From Ktedonobacterales bacterium (GTDB lineage: Bacteria > Chloroflexota > Ktedonobacteria > Ktedonobacterales > JADMIN01), in contig CP126532.1 of the NCBI GenBank assembly GCA_030167145.1, forward strand, positions 1,740,001-1,772,000: 32,000 nt of DNA, written 5' to 3'. The translations under genes were made by a program, and so were the position numbers. The notes under the pieces are model-generated. The model had not been told where the DNA came from, ran no database searches, and saw nothing but the letters and a program-made list of their open reading frames with translations. Below are positions 17,411 through 25,288 of the stretch, piece after piece (position 1 is the stretch's first letter; the number at the start of each line of letters is the position of its first letter).

Positions 17411-18448
17411 TTACTCCACACGCGCACCCTCGACGATGCTGAACTGTGTGGTGGTTGGGAGGATGCGGAGCAGCCGGAGGCCAGCGGTGGCGTACAACTG
17501 GCGGTACTCCTCCTCTGTGCGCTGGCGGCCGCCTGTCATTACCAGCATCTGCATATCCAGGAGCTTCACTGGTGAAGGATCATTGCCTGACGGAATCAGC
17601 GCCTCAATGACGAGGATCTTGCCATCCTGCGCCATGGCCTGCGCGCAGTGGCGCAGGATGGCGCTGCTCCGCGCATCGTCCCAGTCATGGATGACCTGGC
17701 GCAGCAGGTAGAGATCGCCAGCGGGCAGCGGCGGCGTGAAGAAATCACCCCCCACCTGCACGCAGCGCTCTTCCACGCCCGCCGCCTCCAACGTTGGCGC
17801 TGAGCCCTCGACCACGTGCGGCTGGTCAAAGAGCACACCACGCAGCCCAGGATGCGCCTGTAACACTGCAGCGAGGAACGCGCCATGCCCGCCGCCAACG
17901 TCTACGACAACGCCACTCGTAGGAAACGCATAGGCGCTGACGAGGGCAGTGACCGACCGCGCCGTGTTCTCACTCATGGTCCGATTGAACACTGCGCTCG
18001 CTTCGGCATGGTGGGCGAGATAGTCGAAGTGGGGCATCCCATAGGCCTGATCGAAGGCTGGAGCCCCTGTCCGTAGCGAATAGAGCAGTTCACCCCATGC
18101 CCGATAGGCCTCTTCGCCCTGGACGAGAATCGCGGCACACAGCGAGTATGGGTGGTCTGTACGCAGCAACTCCGCTAGCGGTGTGAGCGCAAAGCGCCGG
18201 GGAGCGACTTCACGAAACACCCCGAAGCTCGCCAGGGCGCGCAGCGCGCGATAGAGCGCATCCGCCTGCGCGTCCGTCGTCGCGGCCAGCTCCTCCATCG
18301 TCTGTGGCCCATCTGCCAGCAGATCCGCGATGCCCAGCTTTACGGCTACATAGAGCAACTGCGTCACGCGGTAGCCATTGATCAAGGACTGCATGGCCGT
18401 ATGTTCCGGCGGAGGCGCGGCCGTCGTGCTATGGGTTGGGTCTGCCAT
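17411..18448 (-). CDS. class I SAM-dependent O-methyltransferase (Methyltransf_2 type with N-terminal dimerisation/winged-helix domain)
   Basis: N-terminal domain LINGYRVTQLLYVAVKLGIADLLADGPQTMEELA. SAM motif VVDVGGGHGAFLAAV, followed by GVLFDQPHVV and LLRQVIHDWDD. The ATG at 18448 has AAGGTGG upstream. Confidence 0.88.
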   Translation of the reverse strand: MADPTHSTTAAPPPEHTAMQSLINGYRVTQLLYVAVKLGIADLLADGPQTMEELAATTDAQADALYRALRALASFGVFREVAPRRFALTPLAELLRTDHPYSLCAAILVQGEEAYRAWGELLYSLRTGAPAFDQAYGMPHFDYLAHHAEASAVFNRTMSENTARSVTALVSAYAFPTSGVVVDVGGGHGAFLAAVLQAHPGLRGVLFDQPHVVEGSAPTLEAAGVEERCVQVGGDFFTPPLPAGDLYLLRQVIHDWDDARSSAILRHCAQAMAQDGKILVIEALIPSGNDPSPVKLLDMQMLVMTGGRQRTEEEYRQLYATAGLRLLRILPTTTQFSIVEGARVE

Positions 18449-18787
18449 TGGTGGCCCACCTTTACTGACGCGCATGGCCTGCGCCCCACGGATCCTGACG
18501 CCCCACGTAGGGCGCTCGGCGAGTTGGACACGACTTGTCCACGCCACGAGCGAGAGCGGTGACGCTCGACCGCCAGAGCCTGGCGGATGGCCGCGGTATA
18601 CGTGACGTGGTCGGCGTCTGGCCTGTTCGATGCACGTGCGGCGACAACAAAAGCGGTCAGTTTGCAGCGGACAATAGCACACCGACCGCCCCTAGTGCAA
18701 CTCGCTCGCGCAGTGGCTGAGACCGTCGACCCACACTACTCGTCGGCGCCTCAGTCGCTCTCTATCAAAAGCTAAACAGACTGAGTA

Positions 18788-19969
18788 CTAGGCGAGGCCG
18801 ATGGCGCGGGCGAAGCTGGAGCCGCTCTCCAGGGGGCCGACGCCAAAGGCTTCGGCGAGGGTAGCGCCCAGGTCGGCAAAGGATGCGCGCACGCCGAGAT
18901 TCACGTTCGGCGTGATGGGGCCGCCAGCGGCGAGCATGGGCACGGCTTCGCGGGTGTGGTCGGTGCCGGTGTAGGTGGGGTCGGTGCCGTGGTCGCCGGT
19001 GATGAAGAGCGCGTCGCGCGGGCCGAGCATATCGAGCACACGCGGCAGCCATGCGTCCACGTCTTCTAGGGCATGGGCGTAGCCCTGCGGGTTGCGGCGA
19101 TGGCCGTAGACCTGATCGCAGTCCACCAGATTGACAAAGAGCAGCCCACGGAAGGGCAGCGTCAGCTCATCCAGCGCGGCGGCCATGCCCGCCTCATTCG
19201 TGCCGGTGTGGTTGGATTTGGTCAGCCCACGGAAGGCGAAGAGATCTTCGATTTTGCCGATTCCGATCACCTGATAGCCCGCTTCTACGAGCAGATCGAG
19301 CAGCGTCGGCGCGGGGGGCAGCAGCGAGAAGTCGCGCCGGTGGGGGGTACGCGTGAACGCCCCTGGTTCGCCGATGAATGGCCGCGCGATGACGCGCCCG
19401 ACGGCGTGTTCGCCAGTGAGCATCCCCCGCGCAATTTCGCACATGTGATACAGGTCGTCGAGCGGGATAACCTGCTCATGCGCGGCAAGCTGGAAGACGC
19501 TATCGCCCGATGTATAGAGGATCGGCTTGCCGGTGCGGATATGTTCCGCACCCAACTCCTCGATGATGACCGTGCCGGAGGCTGGCTTGTTGCCAAGCGT
19601 GCCGCGCCCGATGGCCGCCTCGAAGCGTGCCACCAAGTCAGCCGGGAAGCCGTGGGGATAGGTGGGTAGCGGCTGATGCAGCGTGACGCCCATCAGTTCC
19701 CAGTGGCCGGTGGTGCTATCTTTACCGGCGGCGGCTTCGTCCAGGCGGGCATATGCGCCGATGGCGTTGGCGGTGGGTGGTGTGCCCGCGATGGGAGTGA
19801 GGTTGCCCAGCCCCATGCTGCCCATCACCGGCAGCCGCAACGCGCCCACAGCGTTGGCGGTGTTGGTGAGGCAGTTCGCGCCCGCGTCGCCATAGCGCGC
19901 GGCATCGGGAGCCTGCCCCACGCCGACGCCATCCAGCACCAACACGACCGCGCGTTCTATCGCTGCCAT
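18788..19969 (-). CDS. deoB: phosphopentomutase
   Basis: VVLVLDGVGVGQAPDAARYGDAGANCLTN and GDHGTDPTYTGTDHTREAVPML are hallmark DeoB motifs. The ATG at 19969 is preceded by GAGGAGGAGGA. Confidence 0.9.
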   Translation of the reverse strand: MAAIERAVVLVLDGVGVGQAPDAARYGDAGANCLTNTANAVGALRLPVMGSMGLGNLTPIAGTPPTANAIGAYARLDEAAAGKDSTTGHWELMGVTLHQPLPTYPHGFPADLVARFEAAIGRGTLGNKPASGTVIIEELGAEHIRTGKPILYTSGDSVFQLAAHEQVIPLDDLYHMCEIARGMLTGEHAVGRVIARPFIGEPGAFTRTPHRRDFSLLPPAPTLLDLLVEAGYQVIGIGKIEDLFAFRGLTKSNHTGTNEAGMAAALDELTLPFRGLLFVNLVDCDQVYGHRRNPQGYAHALEDVDAWLPRVLDMLGPRDALFITGDHGTDPTYTGTDHTREAVPMLAAGGPITPNVNLGVRASFADLGATLAEAFGVGPLESGSSFARAIGLA

Positions 19970-20126
19970 ATATTCCTCCTCCTCGCTATCGCTGCCATCA
20001 ATAGACAGCGCATACCTGTACCGCCGCCGTCCCGGCGGCAAGCCAGCGAGACGCTGGCGGTACATGTCCCTCTCCCACCGCCCGTGCTCCGGCCATTGAT
20101 GGCCGACGCCGAGAGCCGCGCGGCCT

Positions 20127-20205
20127 GCTCCCCTTCCCTCGTAGGGCAAGCGGAGCGCAGCCCCTCCGAGTCGTTCCGAGGAGGGAAGGGGTCGGGGGTT
20201 AGGTT
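20127..20205. repeat. 79-bp hairpin-forming intergenic repeat, copy 1
   Basis: GCTCCCCTTCCCTCGTAGGGCAAGCGGAGCGCAGCCCCTCCGAGTCGTTCCGAGGAGGGAAGGGGTCGGGGGTTAGGTT matches 22972-23050 at 75 of 79 positions in the same orientation. The arms are CCCCTTCCCTC / GAGGGAAGGGG. Its last bases overlap the stop codon of the aminotransferase gene. Confidence 0.8.
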
Positions 20206-21577
20206 ACGCGGTGGCGGCGGCGAGTGAATCGCGCAGGATGGCGACGATGCGGTCAAGCTCCTCGTCAGTCGTAATCAGCGGCGGGGCAAGGCAGATGATG
20301 TCGCCGATAGGAGCGTCGCCACGCGCGCCACCACGCAGCCGGGGAATCAGTCCGCGCGTCCGCGCCTCGGCGAGAACGCGACCACCCAGGCCAATCGCGG
20401 GCGCTTTGGTCGCCTTGTCCTCCACCAATTCGATGCCGCACATCATGCCCAGGCCGCGCACGTCACCGACATTGGGATGCTCCGCCAGCGTTTGCAGATT
20501 TTCGAGGAAGCGCGCGCCCTTGGTTGCGGCGGCATCGGCCAGTTGCTCGCGCTCCATGATGTCCAGATTCGCCAGTCCGACGGCGCAGCAGGTGGGATGC
20601 CCCGAATAGGTGGCGGCATGCATGTATTTCAGGTCGGCGGGAGCATCCAGGATGGCGGCGTGAACACGGTCGGAGAGCATGATGCCGCCGAGCGGCAAAT
20701 AGCCACTGGTGACGCCCTTGGCGAACGAGACGATGTCCGGCTGCACGCCCCAGTGGTCCAGCGCGAACCAGCGTCCGGTGCGGCAGAAGCCGGTGATGAT
20801 CTCGTCGGCGATCAGCAGCACGTCGTGGCGGTCGCAGATCTCGCGCAGGCGCGGAAAGTACGAATCCGGCGGCACGATGACGCCGCCCGCGCCCTGCACC
20901 GGCTCAGCGATGACGGCGGCGACGGTCTCCGGCCCTTCGCGCAGGATAATCTGCTCGATGGCGTCGGCAGCTTCGATGCCGGGATCGCCGCCCTGGCCAC
21001 CATATTCAGCCCAGCGATAGGGATAGGGCGGGGGCGCCTGGATGAAATTCGGCACCAGCGGGGCGAACATGCGGTGGTATGCGGCGAGTCCGGTGGCGCT
21101 GGCGGCGGCCATGGTGACGCCGTGATAGCCATGCACGCGCGAGATAAACTTCACCTTATCCGGCTTGCCGTTGACCTTCCAGAAGAAGCGGGCGGTCTTG
21201 AAGGCAGATTCGTTCGATTCCGCTCCGCTGGTGGTGAAGTAGACGGAGCGCATGTTGGGGTACGCCAGCGCCACCAGCCGCGCCGCCAGCTCCGCCGAGG
21301 GGATCGTCACCGAGCCAACGTAGTTGCTGGCGAAGGCAAGCTGCTCCATCTGGCGGGCGGCGGCCTGGGCCAGCTCAGTGCGTCCGTGGCCGACGTTGAC
21401 GTTCCACAGGCAGGAGAGGCCATCGAGATACTCGTTGCCTTCGATGTCGGTCAGCGTCGCGCCCTGGCCGCGCACAAAGACCAGCGGCCGCTGATGGTCG
21501 GCGGCAAATTGCAGCGGGTGGACGAGGTGCTCGCGGTCGTCTTCAAGCACGACGGATGCGGGTGGCTGCGGAAGCAT
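20204..21577 (-). CDS. class-III (omega) aminotransferase, aspartate aminotransferase superfamily
   Basis: LDGLSCLWNVNVGHG, TTSGAESNESAFK, the DEIITGF motif LLIADEIITGFCRTG, and the PLP-lysine region SFAKGVTSGY. The ATG at 21577 has AGGAGGG 9 nt upstream, while the annotated TTG at 21598 lacks an SD. Confidence 0.9.
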   Translation of the reverse strand: MLPQPPASVVLEDDREHLVHPLQFAADHQRPLVFVRGQGATLTDIEGNEYLDGLSCLWNVNVGHGRTELAQAAARQMEQLAFASNYVGSVTIPSAELAARLVALAYPNMRSVYFTTSGAESNESAFKTARFFWKVNGKPDKVKFISRVHGYHGVTMAAASATGLAAYHRMFAPLVPNFIQAPPPYPYRWAEYGGQGGDPGIEAADAIEQIILREGPETVAAVIAEPVQGAGGVIVPPDSYFPRLREICDRHDVLLIADEIITGFCRTGRWFALDHWGVQPDIVSFAKGVTSGYLPLGGIMLSDRVHAAILDAPADLKYMHAATYSGHPTCCAVGLANLDIMEREQLADAAATKGARFLENLQTLAEHPNVGDVRGLGMMCGIELVEDKATKAPAIGLGGRVLAEARTRGLIPRLRGGARGDAPIGDIICLAPPLITTDEELDRIVAILRDSLAAATA

Positions 21578-21661
21578 GAATCGAAACCCTCCTGTCAAAA
21601 AACGGCGTTGTTCTCATAGTATACTGCTGGCGCGGGCATTCGTGGCGGCACACCATCCGTA

Positions 21662-21822
21662 GGGGCGTCCGGTGGACGCCCGTGGGCCGGTGGACGCCCG
21701 TGGGCCGGTGGACGCCCGTGAGCCGGTGGACGCCCGTGAGCCGGTGGACGCCCGTGAGCCGGTGGACGCCCGTGGGCTGGTGGACGCCCGTGGGCTGGTG
21801 GACGCCCGTGGGCCGGTGGACC
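21662..21822. repeat. 18-bp tandem repeat array (8 full copies + 1 partial) in divergent intergenic region
   Basis: The unit is GGTGGACGCCCGTGGGCC, from 21671. The variant order is GGGCC x2, GAGCC x3, GGGCT x2, GGGCC x1, then a truncated GGTGGACC. The preceding GGGCGTCC (21663-70) forms an 8-bp palindrome with the first unit. All six frames are open across the array. Confidence 0.9.
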
Positions 21823-21869
21823 CCGCGCGACAATCGAAAAACATCCCAACAACCAACTGGAGGCGAGCG

Positions 21870-22652
21870 ATGGCACGATTGGCAGGCAAAATAGCGGTCA
21901 TTACCGGCGGTGGCTCTGGCCTGGGCCGCGCGATGGCGCAGCGGTTCGTCGCGGAGGGCGCGTCGGTCGTGGTAGCAGACATCAACGAGGAAGGCGCACG
22001 CGAGACAATTGCGGCGATGGGCGCGGATGTGGATGCGGACGGGCGCGCCGTTGCTTTGCGCGTGGATGTGACCCGCGAGGAAGACTGCGCCGCCGCCGTG
22101 CAGGAAGCCGTCACGCGCTGGGGCAGACTCGACATCATGGTGGCGAACGCCGGCATCGGCTTTCCGGGGAGAATCGCGACGCTGGCAAAGGAAGACTGGG
22201 AGCGCGTGCTGGCGGTGAACCTGACAGGCACATTTCTCTGCGCCAAGCATGCGTTTGGCGCGCTGCGGCAGGCTGGCGGCGGCGTGATCCTCGCTACCGC
22301 ATCCGTCGCGGGGATGCAGGGGACGCCGGGACTTGGCCCGTATGGCGCATCAAAGGCGGCGGTAATTCAACTGGTGCAGACGCTGGCGCTGGAAGGCGCG
22401 CGGCTGGGCATCCGGGCGAATGCGCTCTGCCCCGTGTGGGCGCAGACGCCGCTAGTAGACGCGATGGTCGCTGGCTCGCGCGGGACAGCGGACGAGGCGC
22501 GGGCGCGGCTGGTGGGGGTCGTGCCGATGGGACGCCTTGGCACGCCAGAAGATGTAGCGGCGGCGGCGGTCTATCTCGCCTCAGACGAAGCCGCATTCAT
22601 CACCGGCGTCGCGTTTCCAATTGACGGCGGCCACATGGCGCGGCATGGGTGA
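21870..22652 (+). CDS. SDR family oxidoreductase
   Basis: MARLAGKIAVITGGGSGLGRAMA (TGxxxGxG), NAGI, Y-x3-K in YGASKAAV. The ATG at 21870 is preceded by GGAGG with a 6-nt spacer. Confidence 0.9.
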   Translation: MARLAGKIAVITGGGSGLGRAMAQRFVAEGASVVVADINEEGARETIAAMGADVDADGRAVALRVDVTREEDCAAAVQEAVTRWGRLDIMVANAGIGFPGRIATLAKEDWERVLAVNLTGTFLCAKHAFGALRQAGGGVILATASVAGMQGTPGLGPYGASKAAVIQLVQTLALEGARLGIRANALCPVWAQTPLVDAMVAGSRGTADEARARLVGVVPMGRLGTPEDVAAAAVYLASDEAAFITGVAFPIDGGHMARHG

Positions 22653-22748
22653 TCGCGCTCCCATCCGTATGGGATTGCCTGCGGCATTCATGCTGCGAAC
22701 TCCCCCATAGCCCATCCCGCCCTCGCGCATGCCGGCATTCATGCCCCG

Positions 22749-22860
22749 TCATCGTGCCCCAGCCATTCATGGCTGAGGCGCTACGGTCGCCGCATCATCG
22801 TGCCACCGTCATTCATGGCTGAGGCGCTACGGTCACCTCGCCCACGTGCCCCGGCCATCA
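22749..22860. repeat. about 46-bp tandem repeats carrying the CATTCATG core
   Basis: TCATCGTGCC-N6-CATTCATGGCTGAGGCGCTACGGTC occurs at 22749 and 22795, with a 25-nt identical core, plus a truncated third copy (CGTGCCCCGGCCATCA at 22845). Two further GGCATTCATGC sites lie at 22683 and 22734. The cores are short palindromes (GCCAT-TC-ATGGC). Confidence 0.7.
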
Positions 22861-22971
22861 CAAACGTTTACCAATTTCTGCGTGCGTGTACCCACTCTCT
22901 CTCCAACCCGCGCAGGCGGGTTTCGCGGCGGCACGCCATACAGGCGCGGTTTCAACCGCCCGCTCGTTCTG

Positions 22972-23050
22972 GCTCCCCTTCCCTCGTAGGGCAAGCGGAG
23001 CGCAGCCCCGCCGAGCCGTTCCGAGGCGGGAAGGGGCCGGGGGTTAGGTT
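22972..23050. repeat. 79-bp hairpin-forming intergenic repeat, copy 2
   Basis: It has four substitutions relative to copy 1. Two of them are paired (CCCTCC/GGAGGG becomes CCCGCC/GGCGGG) and preserve an inner stem. The stop codon of the 23044..24192 gene lies inside the terminal GGGGGTTAGGTT. Confidence 0.8.
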
Positions 23051-24192
23051 CCCGTCTGCGGGCGCATCTTCACCCACAACCCTTGCAGCCAGTGCCACAG
23101 CCCCACAAACCACTGCGGCCTCCCCGCCAGGAACATCGCCACCGCCAGCAGCGCCCCCAGCACGATCAGCCACACCGCGATGGCTTCGAGTCCGCCGACC
23201 ACACTCGTCAGCATATCGCCCACCAACTCGCGCCCCGCCGGATTGGTAATCGCCGCCACCACCTGATTCTGCACGAACCCGATCAGCAGCCGCGCCGCCA
23301 GGAAGACCACCACGATACCGATACCCAGTTCCAGCGCCGTCCGCCGCCGCCTGCGCGAGAACCATAGCGTCAGCGCCAGCAGCGCCAGCGTCAGCAGCGG
23401 CAGCGCAATCTGCAGCGCATCCAGCACCGCCACCGCTCGCTGCGCCGTGGTCACGTAATCCGACTGGAACAGCGTAATCTGCCCGAAATCCGGCGGCAAC
23501 TGCTGCCCAATCGCCTGCGATAACTGGGCCCGCTGCTGCTGTATCGTGCCGGAAAGCTGCTGAGGCAGCGCCGCCACCGCCTGCGGAATCAGCCCCGGCA
23601 GACGCGCCTGGAGGTTAGTGAGCGCCTCTTTGATAATCGGCAGCAGATTCACCACCACCGCCCCATTCACAATCGTCACATTCGTCGTCTCGCCGCGTAA
23701 CAGCCTCACCACCTGCGTATGCACCGTGCGGTTGACCTGCACCCAGGCGTTTTGCAGTTTCTGATTCTGCAGCAGGTTCGCCACCTGTGTCTGCGTAAAA
23801 TCCTGTACGCGCTGCGTCAACGGCCCCGCCAAAAATTCCAGCCGTGGCGGCAGCGCCTGCTCGGCGCGCTGCTGTACACCGAGCGCCGTCACCACCTGAT
23901 CCGCCACGTACACACTCAACGTGTTCGCCAATTGCGGGTCACGGCTCAGCGGCGTCACCAACTGCACCCAGCGGTCGGTATTCAGTAGCGTCTGCTCCAC
24001 CCAGATCGCCATGATGCTGCTCAGCAGCGTGATGCATGTCAGCACTACGCCGATGCCCACCAACACGCTGCGTACCCGTGATGACGTGCGCGGTCGCGTG
24101 GCTGCGGCTGCGTGGTCCGGCTTGGTGGGAGTCTCACTCTTAGGAGTCTCGCTCTCGCCCTCTTGTGGCATATCCAGCGGCATATCAGCCAT
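23044..24192 (-). CDS. hypothetical integral membrane protein (N-terminal TM, long Gln-rich extracytoplasmic region, C-terminal TM bundle)
   Basis: The ATG at 24192 has AAGGGAG upstream. Predicted TM segments are VLVGIGVVLTCITLLSSIMAIWV, IALPLLTLALLALTLWF, LELGIGIVVVFLAARLLIGFV and AIAVWLIVLGALLAVAMFLAG. No family motif was recognised. Confidence 0.6.
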   Translation of the reverse strand: MADMPLDMPQEGESETPKSETPTKPDHAAAATRPRTSSRVRSVLVGIGVVLTCITLLSSIMAIWVEQTLLNTDRWVQLVTPLSRDPQLANTLSVYVADQVVTALGVQQRAEQALPPRLEFLAGPLTQRVQDFTQTQVANLLQNQKLQNAWVQVNRTVHTQVVRLLRGETTNVTIVNGAVVVNLLPIIKEALTNLQARLPGLIPQAVAALPQQLSGTIQQQRAQLSQAIGQQLPPDFGQITLFQSDYVTTAQRAVAVLDALQIALPLLTLALLALTLWFSRRRRRTALELGIGIVVVFLAARLLIGFVQNQVVAAITNPAGRELVGDMLTSVVGGLEAIAVWLIVLGALLAVAMFLAGRPQWFVGLWHWLQGLWVKMRPQTGT

Positions 24193-24360
24193 ATCCGCGC
24201 TCCCTTCTCTCCGCTCGTAATTGCGGCGCGAGCACACACACACGCCAAACAATAGGCGACGCGCTCCCGCTCGCCATGCCAGAGCGCAGAAAGTGTGCCT
24301 CAGCCGGAAGCCGATTTCGCCCACCAAATACAACTGCATGGTTTGTGATTGCCCCCGCCC

Positions 24361-24403
24361 TTGACATCCGCGCAACGCCGCATTATTCTAATAACAGAGA
24401 ATA
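24361..24403 (+). promoter_or_regulatory. sigma-70-type promoter TTGACA-N17-TATTCT with candidate ArsR-type operator
   Basis: Consensus -35 TTGACA at 24361-66, a 17-nt spacer, and -10 TATTCT at 24384-89. The inverted repeat TATTCT-N8-AGAATA (24384-24403) overlaps the -10. It lies directly upstream of the ArsR-like gene. Confidence 0.55.
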
Positions 24404-24426
24404 CTCCAAATACCTGGAGAAGTCCT

Positions 24427-25011
24427 GTGGCCACTTCCCGCACCAATCTGATCCTGCATCCCGTGCGCCTGCGCCTGCTCACCACACTCGCGCGCCGCCA
24501 GCTCACTGCGCATCAATTGAGCGAATTGTTGCCCGACATCCCCCAGGCCACGCTCTATCACCACCTCGGCACCCTCACACGCGCCGGGCTGCTGCGCGTC
24601 GTCTCCGAGCGCCAGGTACGCGGCGCTGTCGAGAAGCTCTATGCCCTCGCCGACGACAACGCGACCCTGAGCCAGGCCGATCTCGCCAGCGCCTCGCGCG
24701 AAGACCATCTCCGCTACTTCACCCTCTTCGTCGCCACGCTCCTTGGCGACTTCTCCCGCTACCTCCAGCAAGACGCGCCGATTGACCTGCTCGCCGACGG
24801 CGCTGGCTACCGTCAAGTGCCGTTCTACCTCAGCGACGACGAATTCGTTGAAATGGTGACGGCGCTCAACCGCGCGCTACTACCCTATCTTGGCAACCAG
24901 CCATCGCCCAACCGCCGTCGCCGTCTCTTCTCGACGATCATGTTCCCCGATGTCGCGTCTCCAGACGCGAGTCACGACATCGGGCCAGCCACCACCCCAC
25001 CGGAGGAATGA
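24427..25011 (+). CDS. ArsR-family / winged-HTH transcriptional regulator
   Basis: LILHPVRLRLLTTLARRQLTAHQLSELLPDIPQATLYHHLGTLTRAGLLRVV is an ArsR/SmtB-like HTH_20 domain. The GTG at 24427 is preceded by GGAGA with a 6-nt spacer. It is the first gene of a regulator / PLDc_N / ABC operon. Confidence 0.8.
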   Translation: MATSRTNLILHPVRLRLLTTLARRQLTAHQLSELLPDIPQATLYHHLGTLTRAGLLRVVSERQVRGAVEKLYALADDNATLSQADLASASREDHLRYFTLFVATLLGDFSRYLQQDAPIDLLADGAGYRQVPFYLSDDEFVEMVTALNRALLPYLGNQPSPNRRRRLFSTIMFPDVASPDASHDIGPATTPPEE

Positions 25012-25086
25012 CGTTCGCCGTCCACCAACATCCCGCAACGTCCTGCTTGCTATGGCGCATCGCCGCGAAAACGATGGAGGAACAGA

Positions 25087-25284
25087 ATGCTCAACACGAC
25101 ACTCCTGCTCGCGCTCCTGCCACTGGTGCTCATTGACCTGGGCATGGTCATCTACTGCATCATTGATCTCTACAAGCCCGAACGGCGCGTGTCCGGCGGC
25201 AACAAAACCGTCTGGCTAATTATCATCCTGCTCATCAGCACCCTTGGCTGGCTGGTCTATTTGCTCGCCGGCAGGAAGGACTAA
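25087..25284 (+). CDS. PLD nuclease N-terminal (PLDc_N) domain small membrane protein
   Basis: 65 aa with two TM helices and the typical LIDLGMVIYCIIDLYKPE...NKTVWLIIILLISTLGWLVYLLAGRK pattern. GGAGGA lies 5 nt upstream of the ATG. Confidence 0.8.
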   Translation: MLNTTLLLALLPLVLIDLGMVIYCIIDLYKPERRVSGGNKTVWLIIILLISTLGWLVYLLAGRKD

Positions 25285-25288
25285 CGCC

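Noticed and set aside
19970-20126. Structured deoB leader (nested inverted repeats GTACCGCC...GGCGGTAC, CCAGCG-TCT-CGCTGG and GCCGCC-GGGAC-GGCGGC), considered as a riboswitch
   Set aside because: It resembles no riboswitch class I know, the stems partly overlap one another, and GC-rich DNA gives such stems easily. It is not reported as a feature.
21662-21822. Possible CRISPR array
   Set aside because: The repeats are directly abutting 18-mers with no unique spacers, and no cas genes are nearby. This is a simple tandem repeat.
21672-21869. Hexapeptide-repeat (VDARGP)n N-terminal extension of the SDR
   Set aside because: The 18-bp array is open in all six frames, so openness carries no information. 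The SDR has its own SD+ATG at 21870, followed immediately by the Rossmann motif. It is kept only as a testable alternative under the tandem-array finding.
22800-23249. 149-aa plus-strand ORF across the convergent intergenic region
   Set aside because: It is built from the 46-bp and 79-bp repeats and runs antisense into the 3' end of the membrane protein gene. A near-identical peptide stretch appears in the spurious ORF over repeat copy 1, which shows it is repeat-derived.
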